From assembly GCA_951406725.2 (NCBI GenBank), contig OX597815.1, positions 166,966,001-167,030,000 on the forward strand: a DNA stretch of 64,000 nt, written 5' to 3'. Origin of the DNA: Octopus vulgaris (taxonomy: Eukaryota). The number at the start of each line of letters is the position of its first letter. Position 1 is the first letter of the stretch. The position numbers and the translations under genes are program-made. A model generated the notes under the pieces. It did not search any database and was not told where the DNA came from. It worked only from the letters and a program-made list of their open reading frames with translations. Below are positions 40,455-53,364 of the stretch, piece by piece.

Positions 40455-41208
40455 CAAATTTTGGCACACGGCCAGTAAGTTCAAGGGAGGGATTAAATAG
40501 ATACCCTCGACCCTAGTGCTCAACTTGTACTTATTTTATCGACCTCCAACTGGATAAAAGGCTAAGTCGACCTCTGCAGAATTTGAAATCAGAACATAAA
40601 GACAAATGAAATACCGCTAAGCAATTTTTATTCTACTCTAGGCACAAAACCCGAAATTTTGGGGGAAGAGTGCCAGTCGATTGTATCGACCCCAGTACGC
40701 AACTGGTACTTAATTTATCAACCCGAAAGGATGAAAGGCAAAGTCGACCTCGGCGGAATTTGAACTCAGAACATTAAGACAGACGAAATACCTATTTCTT
40801 TACTACCCACAAGGGGCTAAACACAGAGAGGACAAACAAGAACAAACAAACGGATTAAGTCGATTATATCGACCCCAGTGCGTAACTGATATTTATTTAA
40901 TCGACCCCGAAAGGATGAAAGGCAAAGTCGACCTCTGCGGAATTTGAATTCAGAACGTAACGACAGACGAAATACCTATTTCTTTACTGCCCACAAGGGG
41001 CTACACCCAGAGGGGACATACAAGGACAGACAAACGGATTAAGTTGATTACATCGACCCCAGTGCGTAACTGGTACTTAATGTATTGACGCCGAAAGGAT
41101 GAAATGCAAAGTCGACCTCTGCGGAATTTGAACTCAGAACGTATAGGCAGACGAAATACCACTAAGCATTTCGCCCGGCGTGCTAATGTTTCTGCCAGCT
41201 CGCCGTCT
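40455..41208 (-). mobile_element. Tandem array of ~4 SINE family 1 bodies
   Basis: Repeated 'gaaaggatgaaaggcaaagtcgacctc.gcggaatttgaactcagaac' at roughly 180-bp period, with one tRNA head at ~41160-41208. Confidence 0.85.
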
Positions 41209-41608
41209 TAACCTTTCAGCGTCTATAAAATAAGTACCAGTTGAACTCTGGGGTCGATTTTATTGACCTATTCCCTATCCTGAAATTGCTGGCGTGAAGC
41301 CAAAATTTGAAATTATTGTTAATTAAGACGGTGAATTAACAGAATCGCCGGTATGCTGGAGAAATTGCTTTGCGACATTTCCTCCTGTTTTACATTCTGC
41401 GTTCAGATTCTGCTAGTGTCCACTTTGCATTTCACCTGTTGGGGGTTGATGAAATAAGTGACAATTGACCACTAGGACGATCTAATCCACTATCACCCTC
41501 CCCGCAAACTTCAGACCTTGTGCCAACAGCATAAAGGATTATTATTGGTATTTTATTTTACTTCTCAGAGATCTCGGTCTTACTTGCTCCAGTTAATTCT
41601 GTAAGAGC

Positions 41609-41875
41609 GAACAACAACCTGTTGTCAAAAATCTCACGGGATCTCTTTCCACAAATTATAAGAATTAGTACTTAGATGAAAATTATATTTAATCATTGAA
41701 CAACAACCTGTTGTCAAAAATCTCACGGGATCTCTTTCCACAAATTATAAGACTTAGTACTTAGATGAAAATTATATTTAATCATTGAACAACAACCTGT
41801 TGTCAAAAATCTCACGGGATCTCTTTCCACAAATTACAAGACTTAGTACTTAGATGAAAATTATATTTAATCATT
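41609..41875. repeat. 3 x 89-bp near-perfect tandem repeat
   Basis: Unit gaacaacaacctgttgtcaaaaatctcacgggatc...aatcatt starts at 41609, 41698 and 41787. Confidence 0.95.
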
Positions 41876-42035
41876 ATTATTAGTTTTCTTTTTCACAGAT
41901 TTTGTTGGAGATCTTGGAGTCTTACTACCTCAGCCTACGGTGTCATCCAATCCATTCTTTTCAGTTGTCTAATACTTGCCTGATTATTCTGGCCGTGTCA
42001 AGGAGGCAAACCTTTTCTAACAGTTCTACTGGGTA

Positions 42036-42355
42036 CTCTCTCTTTACTCTTTTACTTGTTTCAGTCATTTGACTGCGGCCATGCTGGAGCACCGCCTTTA
42101 GTCGAGCAAATCAACCCCAGGACTTATTATTTGTAAGCCTAGTACTTATTCTATCGGTCACTTTTACCGAACCGCTAAGTTACGGAGACGTAAATACACC
42201 AGCATCGGTTGTCAAGCGATGTTGGGGGTACAAACACCGACACAAATATAGACGGGCTTCTTTCAGTTTCCGTCTACCAAATCCACTCACAATGTTTTGG
42301 TCGGCCCGAGGCAATAGTAGAAGACACTTGCCCAAAGTGCAACGCAGTGGGACTG
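42036..42355 (-). mobile_element. SINE family 2 (head truncated)
   Basis: Matches 31354-31700. Confidence 0.8.
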
Positions 42356-43157
42356 TCTATTCCAATTTCCTTTATATTCCCCTTGATGCATTCTGATAGT
42401 GATCTCAAAGACGCAATAATAATTGGCAATATCTTCACCTTCTTAGTTTTCCTAAGAAGGATCAGAAACAATGTAATGTTTCATCATATAAAAGGGGGTT
42501 AATACGATTTTGTCCAGAAATCACGTTTTCAAAGTTTTTATTCCACCCCTACCCCCATCCTCACCGAAATTGCTTTGTTTGTAACTTGTATTCGAATTCT
42601 TTTTTTTTTTTTTTTTGCTAGCCTCATAGAAAAATACGAATGTGGGAAATGAGTATTTTTTTTATAGTTTAATTTTTCTTAAAGAAACACTCAATGCTCC
42701 TTCACCTACATCTCCCACCCATCAAAAAGCTAAAATCTTCCAATCTTTCGCTTTTGTCTGATGTTTCACGCATGCCCAGAATTCTACTGAAATAACAGAC
42801 GTAAAAAGTACCAGACCACCACCAGACCACCACCAAAGAACTCAACATGCTGAAAACGAAAGGCAAACGACATTATTTCTGAAGACACTTTCCCGCTTTC
42901 CAAACAGCTAAAAGTGTAACTTTGGGAGTTTGTAGCTTTTTGAAAGTGGTGAGGTGATGGGAAAAATTCTTAAATATTCGTATTCTCTGATTTTACTCCA
43001 TAGATTACCAAGAAAAAGTTACGATTAAAGTATCATTATAGCTATGATAAATATATTATGATTAATAACACTGACAATATAAAAAATGAGGCTAATTTAA
43101 TGTGCTAATAACTTTAAAGAATTAAGTATTATAACAATGTACACCTACTTTTGCACC

Positions 43158-43219
<62 letters not shown>

Positions 43220-43803
43220 TACAGGTACAAAAACACTGATATATACATATACACACATATATCTATAATATTTGAGAAAAGTAAAAAATGAATTTGGTGT
43301 GGTGAGGGAGAAAATTAAAATAATGAGGACGTGTTTTGTGGGTGAAATCCTAATCTCCTGTACCGCAAACATAGGAATCGGAAGAAATTTAGGAAAAAAA
43401 ATAAGGGTGGGGTACAAATGTGCTAAAAATATGCTAAAAAGAAGTAAAGGACGGGATTACTGCAGAAACTTACTCTGAAGTTTATATCGAAGATCAAGAT
43501 TTTAAATACGCTCATCACAAACACAAATTACACGAGAGAAATGGTCATTTCAATCAGGTTTGAGCTGTAAATTCGCGCGTGCACACAGCAAGAAATGGCA
43601 TAATGCGTACAAAGGTTTTACCTACTATATATGTGTGTGTTTATGTGTGTGTGCATGTGTGTGCCAAAAGAAGTTATTTTATGGCATTCTTTCGATTGCA
43701 GAAACAAAGTTGTCAACTCAGTCACGTGGTTGATCATGTGATTGTTCGTTAATTCTTTTTTATAGATGTATGTGTGTATATGTATATATCAGTGTTTTTG
43801 TAC

Positions 43804-43851
<48 letters not shown>

Positions 43852-43902
43852 GTACAAAAACACTGATATATACACTGATATATATATATATATATATATA
43901 TA

Positions 43903-44281
43903 CAATAAATTCAGGGTGAATACTTGATAAATGTAACCACCTTTATATGCCAGCGAGTGAAAAAAACGGTATGGACGATTTGTTTTGGAGTCTCGCAATG
44001 CCATATACACCTATGAGGATTTACTTTCCCAATGTAACTCGGTTTTTTTCCCAAACTTTTTCTCAAACCTGCTATAATGTGATACATGTCTTTGGTGTGG
44101 TAACAGTACGCGGCTGAAGAAGGCTTTTGATCTACCTGTTATATCAATTATGCATTGATATTAGTTGTTCAATAAAGCCCGAAACATATGTACCGCAAAA
44201 TCCTTTGCGTCCTGTTTTTCTTTTGATATATATATATATATATATGTATCGAAAGAAAAACAGGACGCAAAGGATTTTGCG

Positions 44282-44290
<9 letters not shown>
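43903..44290 (+). mobile_element. (TA)n-embedded hammerhead-bearing element with short inverted tail
   Basis: HHR at 44110-44196; 44251-44289 is the reverse complement of ~44186-44223 across a (TA)n spacer. Confidence 0.75.
44110..44196 (+). ncRNA. Type I hammerhead ribozyme (apparently intact, long stem II)
   Basis: GCGG-CTGAAGA-A-GGCTTT...ATATCAAT-tatgc-ATTGATAT...AAAGCC-C-GAAA-CATATG-TA-CCGC. Confidence 0.88.
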
Positions 44291-44326
<36 letters not shown>

Positions 44327-44329
<3 letters not shown>

Positions 44330-44553
44330 TGAGGTGCAAAAGTAGGTGTACAATGTTATAATATTTAATTCTTTAAAGTTATTAGCACATTAAATTAGCC
44401 TCATATTTTAAATTGTCAGTGTTATTAATCATAATATATTTATCATAGCTATAATGATACTTTAATCGTAACTTTTAATTTTTTTCGATAAAAATGAGTA
44501 TTGAACGTGTTTTCTTTCTTTCATAACTGTACACCTACTTTTGCACCACTCTG
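44327..44553. mobile_element. Tc1/mariner-type MITE
   Basis: TIRs CAGTGAGGTGCAAAAGTAGGTGTACA / TGTACACCTACTTTTGCACCACTCTG, preceded by TA; inverted partial copy at 43015-43162. Confidence 0.75.
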
Positions 44554-44654
44554 TGTATGTGTGTGTGTGTGTCTCTCTATATATATGTAATATGTATGTA
44601 TGTATGTATACGACGTGCTTCTTTCAGTTTTCGTCAGCAAGCTTCTTGCACATA

Positions 44655-44710
44655 TTGTTGTTGTTGTTGTTATTATTGTTGTTACTATTGTTGTTATTTT
44701 CATCATCATC

Positions 44711-44772
<62 letters not shown>
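44655..44772. repeat. (TTG)n/(CAT)n/(TAT)n microsatellite
   Basis: Direct reading. Confidence 0.95.
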
Positions 44773-44774
<2 letters not shown>

Positions 44775-45547
44775 AAATATTGTGACAAAAGAACGCTTAT
44801 TATAAACTGGAATTTATATGGGCTATTTTATTCGTGGTTTTGTTTTATTGAAATGGGGGTCTTATAGTATGTCTATCTCAGTGTTTTAGAAATAGTAAAA
44901 TAACAAACCGCCAAATTTACATTTTGAATGACATTTTCTCCATATCTAAAGGGCAGGATGACAAAGGTTGTTGAAACTTGAGGTAGAATTGTTAGAGTGC
45001 TCCAAAAGTGCCTTGTATTTCTTCTGGACCTTTACAATCTTAGTAACCCTTACCGAGGTCAATTTTACCTGCCATCCCTTTAGTGGTTTGACAAAATAAA
45101 ATAGCAGTTAAGTACTTGTTCGATGCTACGGAAGATGTTCCTCTCGTCAAAATTGCCGGACTTAGACTTACATAAGAAATTATTTAGGGTGCTGGATTGG
45201 TAGATTCGTTTGTGCGTCGGAAAAATGCTTTACGATACTTCCTGCAGCTTTTTCACTATAAAAAGGTAAAAGCTGCCTTTGGCTATGAATGACCATGAGA
45301 TTGAACCTAGAAAGTTTCCCTTCGAGTCACATCTACTTGACGTTTGATTTACGGCTATAGACTACATTAGCTACATTAGTAGATTTACGGCTATAGACTA
45401 CGGCTACATTAGCTAATGTATCCTCTTTTTTGAGGAGCGATAATTTGAGGCACATTTAGCTGCTAGTTCTGGTAATGTGAGTGACTATCTATAGAATTCT
45501 TCTATGGTCGTCGTCGTCGTCGTCGATGGTATTAGTAGTAGTAGTAA

Positions 45548-45590
<43 letters not shown>

Positions 45591-45667
45591 TGTAATAGTA
45601 GTTAATGCTACAGTTGTTGTTTTTGAGCAGACCATCATCTTTCTTTCTCAGGTTTTGCGTAAATAAA

Positions 45668-46012
45668 ATAGTAAAGACCCACTTCGGTCATGAATGGCCA
45701 TTAGATTCCACCTAGAAAGTTCCCATCCGATAAGTATGGCACATGTCCGGGCAACGTTGCTTATGGTTGACCAGTAGTTGCCCATGCATAGTAGCTTCTC
45801 ATCTCCACGTCACTGATGTTATTCAAGGGAGAAACAAAGGCCGACACAGCTTGGCAAGCGTGACGACGCAACTCATTCCTACAGCTGAGTGAACTGAAGC
45901 AACGTGAAATGAAGTGTCTTGCTCAAGAACACAACACACAGCTCGATCCGGGAATCCACCTCACTAGATCATGACTGTCAGCCCGACGCTCTAACCACTG
46001 AGTCATGCGCCT
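45668..46012 (-). mobile_element. tRNA-derived SINE (family 3 core, different tail)
   Basis: Minus-strand head 'aggcgcatgactcagtggttagagcg', core 'gtgttcttgagcaagacacttcatttcac'; the tail is also seen at 45260-45330. Confidence 0.75.
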
Positions 46013-46324
46013 ATACATTACATCATACCTTGATACTGTGTAGACTAGGATTCTCGATGACAGATTGCTGAAATCAAATAGTGCTTTATACTTATAGTGT
46101 GCAAGTTAAACGCGCTGCTTATTTTTCTGTGATTGATTAATTAATGAATACATCTCTGATAAGACCCCGATAAGTTTCGAAAATGAATTAAGTTTGTTCA
46201 TTGTTTTTGGTCGGCCCGAGTGTATAGTAGAAGAGATTGCTCAAGGTACCATGCAGTGGGACTGAACATAGAGCCATGCATTTGGGGATCAAGCTTCTTA
46301 CTACTCAGCCACGCATGCTCTCAC

Positions 46325-46593
46325 GCACACGCACGCGCACCTTCATTTTGGGATAACCACTACATTATTATCTCCCCTTCTTCCTAGCTCTCCTGTGTGA
46401 CCCCTCTGACCGGCATTTGCCATGATTGCTCGTTAGCCACTACACAATATTTATTTCCTTTCCTTGTTTCTTTTTGTGGAAGAGCGTAGGCTCGAAACAT
46501 TAAAGACTTTTTCACTTCCCGAGCGTTATACTAATACATCTGTTTGTTGTCTACACTACCTGTCTTCCTCTTTTGATTTTTTTTGTGAATTCT

Positions 46594-46597
<4 letters not shown>
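46325..46597 (+). mobile_element. Penelope-like 3' terminal fragment (family A), HHR-like motif at 46470-46505
   Basis: Collinear with 53080-53365; ends in (TA)n. Confidence 0.75.
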
Positions 46598-46627
<30 letters not shown>

Positions 46628-46684
46628 GAGGTATTGGTATCTATTCAAACACAAATATTTACCTTTATTTAACCATCTCATATC

Positions 46685-46732
46685 GTCTCTGATGAAGGGA
46701 TATCCATAATATCCCAGAAACAGTTTTAAGAC
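46685..46732 (+). ncRNA. Type I hammerhead motif with damaged stem III
   Basis: GTCT-CTGATGA-A-GGGATAT-ccata-ATATCCC-A-GAAA-CAGTTT-TA-AGAC; stems I and II pair perfectly. Confidence 0.72.
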
Positions 46733-47318
46733 TATATCTATATCTCTTTCCTTATAAATGTCATGAAAACTCCTCACAGCCTGGGATTTGTTATCTCGTT
46801 TTGTCTAATACGTATTTATATATTTCAGGTTTGATCGAATATAAAGGTAATCAAAGAGTTCGCCATCGAGCTCATCCCATTGTTTTCTTTTAAAAGGTGC
46901 AGCGTATCTGGGACTTTAGAGTATAGTATTTCTACCTAGAAGAATAACCGCATTAAGGCTCCCTCGTGAGCTCATATTATCGTAGGAAAGATATATAATT
47001 CTAGGTTTCTTTTATCTTATGTTCAAGAAAAACAGGTTTTCATGATCAAGGGAAATATTAATAATAAAGGATATATATCCAACTTTTTTTTTAAGGGAAA
47101 TACATGTCAGAGGGAAAATGTCACATTTCGTTTAAATATCATAGATAATGATTAAGGATAGCTTCCAGTTCAGTCCTATAGTGTGGTACCTTGGGTAACT
47201 GTCTTCTACTTTATGAGTGAATTAGGTAGACGAGGGCTGTGTGGAAGCCTGGCATATATGTGTGTCTGTGTGAGTTTGTGTGCGTGAGAGACAGAGAGAG
47301 AGGGAGAGAGAGAGAGAA

Positions 47319-47386
<68 letters not shown>

Positions 47387-47524
47387 CGTGCGTGTGTGTG
47401 TGTGTCACTTCCCGTAGCTTGAAAGCCTGTGCTGTCTCTTCGGCAAAAGAACCGACAGTGTAAGTGCACGACTTTAAAGAATACATAAATAGTGGGGTCA
47501 ATTTGCTTGACTAAAGCATCCAAA

Positions 47525-47969
47525 TTGGAATTTGAACTCTGACCGTAAAGACAGACGAAATATCTATTTCTTTACTACCCACAAGGGACTAAACACAGAG
47601 GGGACAAACAAGGACAGACAAACGGATTAAATCGATTACATCGACCCCAGTGCGTAACTGATACCTAATTTATCGACCCCGAAAGGATGAAAGGCAAAGT
47701 CGACCTCGGCGGAATTTGAACTCAGAACGAAATATCTATTTCTTTACTACCCACAAGGGGCTAAACACAGAGGAGACAAACAAGGACAGGCAAACGGATT
47801 AAGTCGATTATATCGACCCCAGTGCGTAACTGTTACTTAATTTATCGACCCCGAAAGAATGAAAGGCAAAGTTGACCTCGGTGGAATTTGAACTCAGAAC
47901 GTAACGGCAGACGAAATACGGCTACGCATTTCGCTCGGCGTGCTAACGTTTCTGCCACCTCGCCGCCTT
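47525..47969 (-). mobile_element. SINE family 1 tandem (2+ bodies)
   Basis: Same architecture as 40455-41208. Confidence 0.85.
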
Positions 47970-48027
47970 AACAAATACGTATATGACAAGAACACTAACC
48001 CATGAATATACATGTAAACACACGCAC

Positions 48028-48093
<66 letters not shown>

Positions 48094-48938
48094 GCATGTG
48101 TATATGTAACCCAAGCTCAAAGCATTTTTAGTCAGCTGAAACTAACAGTAGAATCTTTAAAAATTTGGATACATTTTAATATAAATGATACTTTTGCCAA
48201 TAGTTTTTAACATTTTTACTCAGAACACACACCTCCTCTCCTACTTCCTGCAAAAGTAGATTCACTCCCTTATCGCTTCCGCTCTCGTAACTACATTGTA
48301 AAAACAATTATGATTTGAAAGAAATAAAAATACAGTTTGCGCAAAGCAACAAGAATAAATGAAATTACTTTCTCATTTTGCTACTTTCTTGTACATCTTT
48401 TACAGTCTTAAACTTATTTTACTATTTATTCTGACCTCATAAATGTTCAAAATTTATATCTCTGTTCTCTCTTTGTCTCGGTCTATCTATCTGTCTATCT
48501 GTCTGTCTCTCTCTCTTTCTTTCATATTTCAATGTTTCATAAGCTTCTCTAAGACTAAACTAGATACGTTAGATACAGAAAAAATAAAGGGACTAGATAA
48601 TTCAAGGATTACGTTATAATGTAATTCATTATATATCGTCCTCACTTATCAATCTCGCGAAACGATTTACTGTGCATGCATATGTGCGTGCTTGAGATAC
48701 ATACGGACTCTAAAATATACAAAATTACGCCTATGTCTACACACACACAAACACACACGCACACACACACGCACGCACCCTAATTATAATTTTACTCATA
48801 ATTATAAAACTATTGTTTAAGTTTGGCGATAAGAGCCCTTTTAACATGCCGAAACTACGTGGTAAAGTTATCAATTATGATTTAATTAATTAATTTTACC
48901 CTTTATTATTATTGATATATATTTATATATAATACGAA

Positions 48939-49166
48939 GGCGGCGAGCTGGCAGAAATGTTAGCACACCGGGCGAGATGCTTAGCGGCATTTCGTCTACC
49001 GTTGCGTTCTGAGTTCAAATTCCGCCGAGGTCGACTTTACCTTTCATCCTTCCGGGGTCGATAAATTAAATACCAGTTACGCACTGGGGTCGATGTAATC
49101 GACTTAACCCCTTTGTCTGTCCTCGTTTGTCTCCTCTATGTTTAGCCCCTTGTGGGCAATAAAGAA

Positions 49167-49168
<2 letters not shown>
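48939..49168 (+). mobile_element. SINE family 1
   Basis: Full copy. Confidence 0.85.
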
Positions 49169-49207
<39 letters not shown>

Positions 49208-49218
49208 GTGTACAGTCC

Positions 49219-49295
<77 letters not shown>

Positions 49296-49530
49296 CGTTA
49301 AAATTATGCAAAAGTGTCGTAAGTCCAAAAAAGTAGTTTCACCATTGCATATGTACTACATTTTAACAAGTTTTGGTATCTTGGCATCTGAAGAAGCTGG
49401 AGATATGATAGTTTGGCCAAAAGACCCGGTTATTGCAAGCAAATAGAAGTATTGGCAAAAACGCAAATTTGGATATACGATAGATTAACATAAAATATAT
49501 GTTATATATACTGTATATATGTTATATATA

Positions 49531-49720
49531 CAGTAACCTCTCGCCATATCGCGGTTCACCTATCGCGGTTTATTATTTAAGCTTACGTCGATCCTCCGTG
49601 CTGTTATAAATATATGCCAATTATAAAAATGATAAAAGAAATATACAGCACAGTACTGTTTCTACTTCGCGGATTTTCACCTATCACGGTGGGTTTGGGA
49701 TCGTAGCACCCGCGATAGAA
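49531..49720. mobile_element. Tigger/pogo-like MITE remnant
   Basis: TA then CAGTAACCTCTCGCCATATCGCGG; right side ends '...cccgcgatag'; the same TIR stub occurs at ~50694. Confidence 0.6.
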
Positions 49721-50653
49721 ACTTCAGTTATGATTTATTACAAATATGTGTGTGTGCCTGTTTGTGTGTGTATTCTTTTATGATTTTCGATTTTATTTCA
49801 ATGGACTCTTAATCCGTTTCAATAAAAGCTGTATGTAAAATTCAAAAAAGAATCACATATCCGTGTAAGAAAATAAACTAACTTTAACTGTATTAAAAAT
49901 ATCGCTAACTATCATAAAAGTAAAACATTTATAAGGTACAAATAAATACACGTAGACAACGAACAAAGTGCGGTACTATATCCAAGGATTTTAGCTGATT
50001 TTATTAACCCCACTGTTTGGTAAAATACAAATGTGACTGATATCGCGTAGATAAAAATCAAAGTTAATCTGTTCTTAAGAGGCTGTCACAAGTATTATTG
50101 ATTCTCCTTTGACAAACGCACAATGAAATACTCATACACAAATAATCATATATATGTGTGTGTGTGTGAAGTAGGCATTGTTTTCTTAATGGTAAACTTG
50201 CAACATTAAAAATACTATTAATTTAACGGATTAAAAAGACGAAGCTTTTTGTCTCCCTTTACTTGTAAATTTTCTTTAAATTTTCTCGTCTTTACGTATT
50301 TACGGGATAGCTGCGCCATTTGAGCCAGAACGATTGTCAGATCGTACAAGATACTCTATACATACCCATCCAATTACTATACTATTCGATCATGAAATTT
50401 GAAGAAGGTCACGTATAATTTCAGTATTTATACACAGGCGCACGCTCGTACACATAGTGTATTATATGTATGCAAATAGATATCCAAGTGCAACAGTTAG
50501 ATCTTGAGCTCCATGTAGATTATCATCGGAGCATCCAAAGCAGAGTTCCAAACAACCACAACGCTAAAATGAAAGGTAGAAACTAATGAAATAAAGTTGT
50601 GTTTATCGTAATTTCCACCTTATGTGAGTGAGTGATTATGTGTGAGTGTGTAC

Positions 50654-50696
<43 letters not shown>

Positions 50697-50719
50697 ATAA
50701 TCTCTCGCCATATCGCACA

Positions 50720-50908
50720 AAGCCCAAAGGTTTGGAGTGAGAGGGCCAGTCGATTGGATTGACTCCGTACACAACTGGTACTTAATTTATCGACCCCGAA
50801 AGGATGAAAGGCAAAGTTGAACTCGGCGGAATTTGAACTCAGAACGTAAAGACAGACGAAATACCGCCAAGCATTTCGCCCGGTGTGCTAACGTTTCTGC
50901 TACCTAGC
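50720..50908 (-). mobile_element. SINE family 1
   Basis: Reverse complement of the consensus. Confidence 0.8.
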
Positions 50909-50911
50909 CTT

Positions 50912-50998
<87 letters not shown>

Positions 50999-52398
50999 TT
51001 TTATATCTTAATTGTTACAGTCATTTGACAGCGGCCATCCTGGGGTACCGCTTTAAAATTTTGGTTGAACAAACCACTTCGAAGCCTATTTTTTAAGCCT
51101 AGTAGTTATTCTATCGGTCACTTTTGACATCGGTTGTCAAGTGATGGTGAAGGATAAACACACACACACACACACACACATTTATATACACGTGGGGCTT
51201 GTTTCAGTTTTTAATCTAACAAATCCACTTCCAAGGTGACACGCAGTGGAACTGAACCCAGAACAATGTGGTTGGGAAGCATGCTACTTACCACAGAGCC
51301 ACGTCTGCCCCTGTGTGCATATATATTCCAATATTGCCTAATAATGAAGAAAAAAACACTGAACAAAATTATTATCCCATTATTATCCCACCATTTTTTC
51401 GCTTTATTATGTAAATTTCTTTACACCGCTAAAAGCTTGTTATTTTTATTATTTTTTCTCTATATACGTATATCTATTCTTCTTCACTTAGGAAGTCCAG
51501 ACCTAAGCAATCTTTGATGAATCTTAAGAAAGATGAAAGTAGTGGGATAACCCTTACTGTCAGCTGTTGAGGTTCATGTGATTCATCTACAGCTATTAAA
51601 TTAAAAGCAAGTCTTAAATTAAGCTTATTATGATTTATATGATTTCTGTATACACACTCAGAACAAAGTTGTGTTGGGACGACCGCAATGCAACGTACAA
51701 TCCGGGCCGAAAGAAATAGAATGTAATTCATTTTTTGAAAAACTCCAAGTACTTCGCTAGAATCGTCTGTAATACACAGTCTCCAGAATGCATAGGAACA
51801 AGAGTGATTGCAACCTGTGAATGATAATTACGTGAAGTAGGCATCAAAATGATTAACGAAGCATCATTTCATACGGATATTATTAATTCGACAACAACTG
51901 AATAATATTTAGTGACTGGCTGGCTGGTTGACTGGCTGACTGACTGACTGGTTGGCTGGCTGACTGGCTGGCTTGATGGACGAATGGATGGATGGATGAG
52001 GTCATTAGGAGTGAAAAAAAGTTGTAAACGTTTGTTCGTTTGTTCTCACTCTCTGGATAGTTAATTTCAATGAAAGTCGCTGCATATTGTCAAGCGGACA
52101 GCAGAATTCGAAGAAATTTTACGCTGCAACAGTACAATAATTGCATCCATGTAAAAAAATAAGGTACTTGAAAAAGGTTGAGAGTCCAAAGACACTGCAT
52201 GGGGCGATTGTGGAAAGGATGTACAATGATTGTGTGCGCGTGTGTGTGCGAGCGCGCGTGTATGGAAGATATTAAGAATAGTAGCAGCAAAATTTGTTTT
52301 GGGGATCTTCACTATTCTCGGAGTGGGTACCGTTGCTGTCTGACAAAGTACTCCATCTTATTTACTTTTAGAAATAGATAATAAATTAGCTTAAGGTA

Positions 52399-53364
52399 CA
52401 TTTCCGCTCTACCGGTCATTCTTTACAACACCTGTCTGTGTTCGGATTTTCCTCACACAGGGGCCATCCGAACTCCCGTCTTCGACATGAGCTAGGATTA
52501 ATCTTCTCTCTTCGCCCCTTTGTACCACATGGGCCCAACTCTCCTCCTCTCTTCTAACCACGTCCTCTCTCCTCTCTTACTCTCACACCTACTTCCTCCT
52601 TTCACTACCACCACCTCTCCTCTCTTCTCTTGCTCTGACATCTACTTCCTCTTTTCGCACCTACCCGCCTTCTCCCTTCCACACTCTCCCTTCATCATCA
52701 TCCCTTCCACCCTCTCCTTTCATCGTCACTCCCTTCCACCATCTCCCTTATTCGTCACCCCTCCATCGTTACCCCACCCCTATACATTCCAACCCTACCA
52801 CCCCTATACATCCCACCTCCAACCCATCTCACACATTCCACTCCCACTTACCCCACCTCTTCCATACGCTTGCTTCTCCCACTCTCCCACCACAACACCA
52901 CCACACCACACCATACCACATACCACCGCACACCACCATACCACACAACACCACATCACACTACCCCGCACTCACTAGCACTGACCACTTCCCAACACCC
53001 ACGCCATCATCCACACACCTACACATGCGCACACGTCAAGGTCACCAGTCCCTATCAATACGCACATGCACATATACACGCACGCACACCTTCGTTTTGG
53101 GATTACCAGTACTTTATTATCTCCCCTTCTTCCTAGTTCTCCTGTCTGACCACCTTTGTCCGGCATTTGCCATGACTGATCGCTAGCTACTAAATCTATT
53201 TTTTAATTTTTCTCTCTGTTTATTTCTGTGTTCCTTTCTGTTGAAGAGCGTAGTCTCGAAACGTAAAAGACTCTCACTTCCCGAGCGTTAAACTAATACC
53301 TCTGTTTGATGTTTACGCACCCGTCTACGTCTTTTGTTTTGTCTATTTTTTTGTAAATGCCAAC

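Noticed and set aside
41609-41875. Regular repeats as a possible CRISPR-like array
   Set aside because: Contiguous 89-bp units without unique spacers, in a eukaryotic context.
42490-43010. Weak inverted symmetry (caaaaagcta/tagctttttg; aatacgaat/attcgtatt) suggesting an old MITE
   Set aside because: Termini and TSD could not be defined.
49384-49436. GCAT-CTGAAGA...GACCCGGTTA-TTGC near a (TA)n tract, possibly a very decayed hammerhead
   Set aside because: GAAA is missing and the stems need several repairs; not counted.
52520-52978. 152-aa Pro/His/Ser-rich ORF
   Set aside because: Low-complexity C-rich 3' UTR of the Penelope-like element; the meaningful frame ends at 52557.
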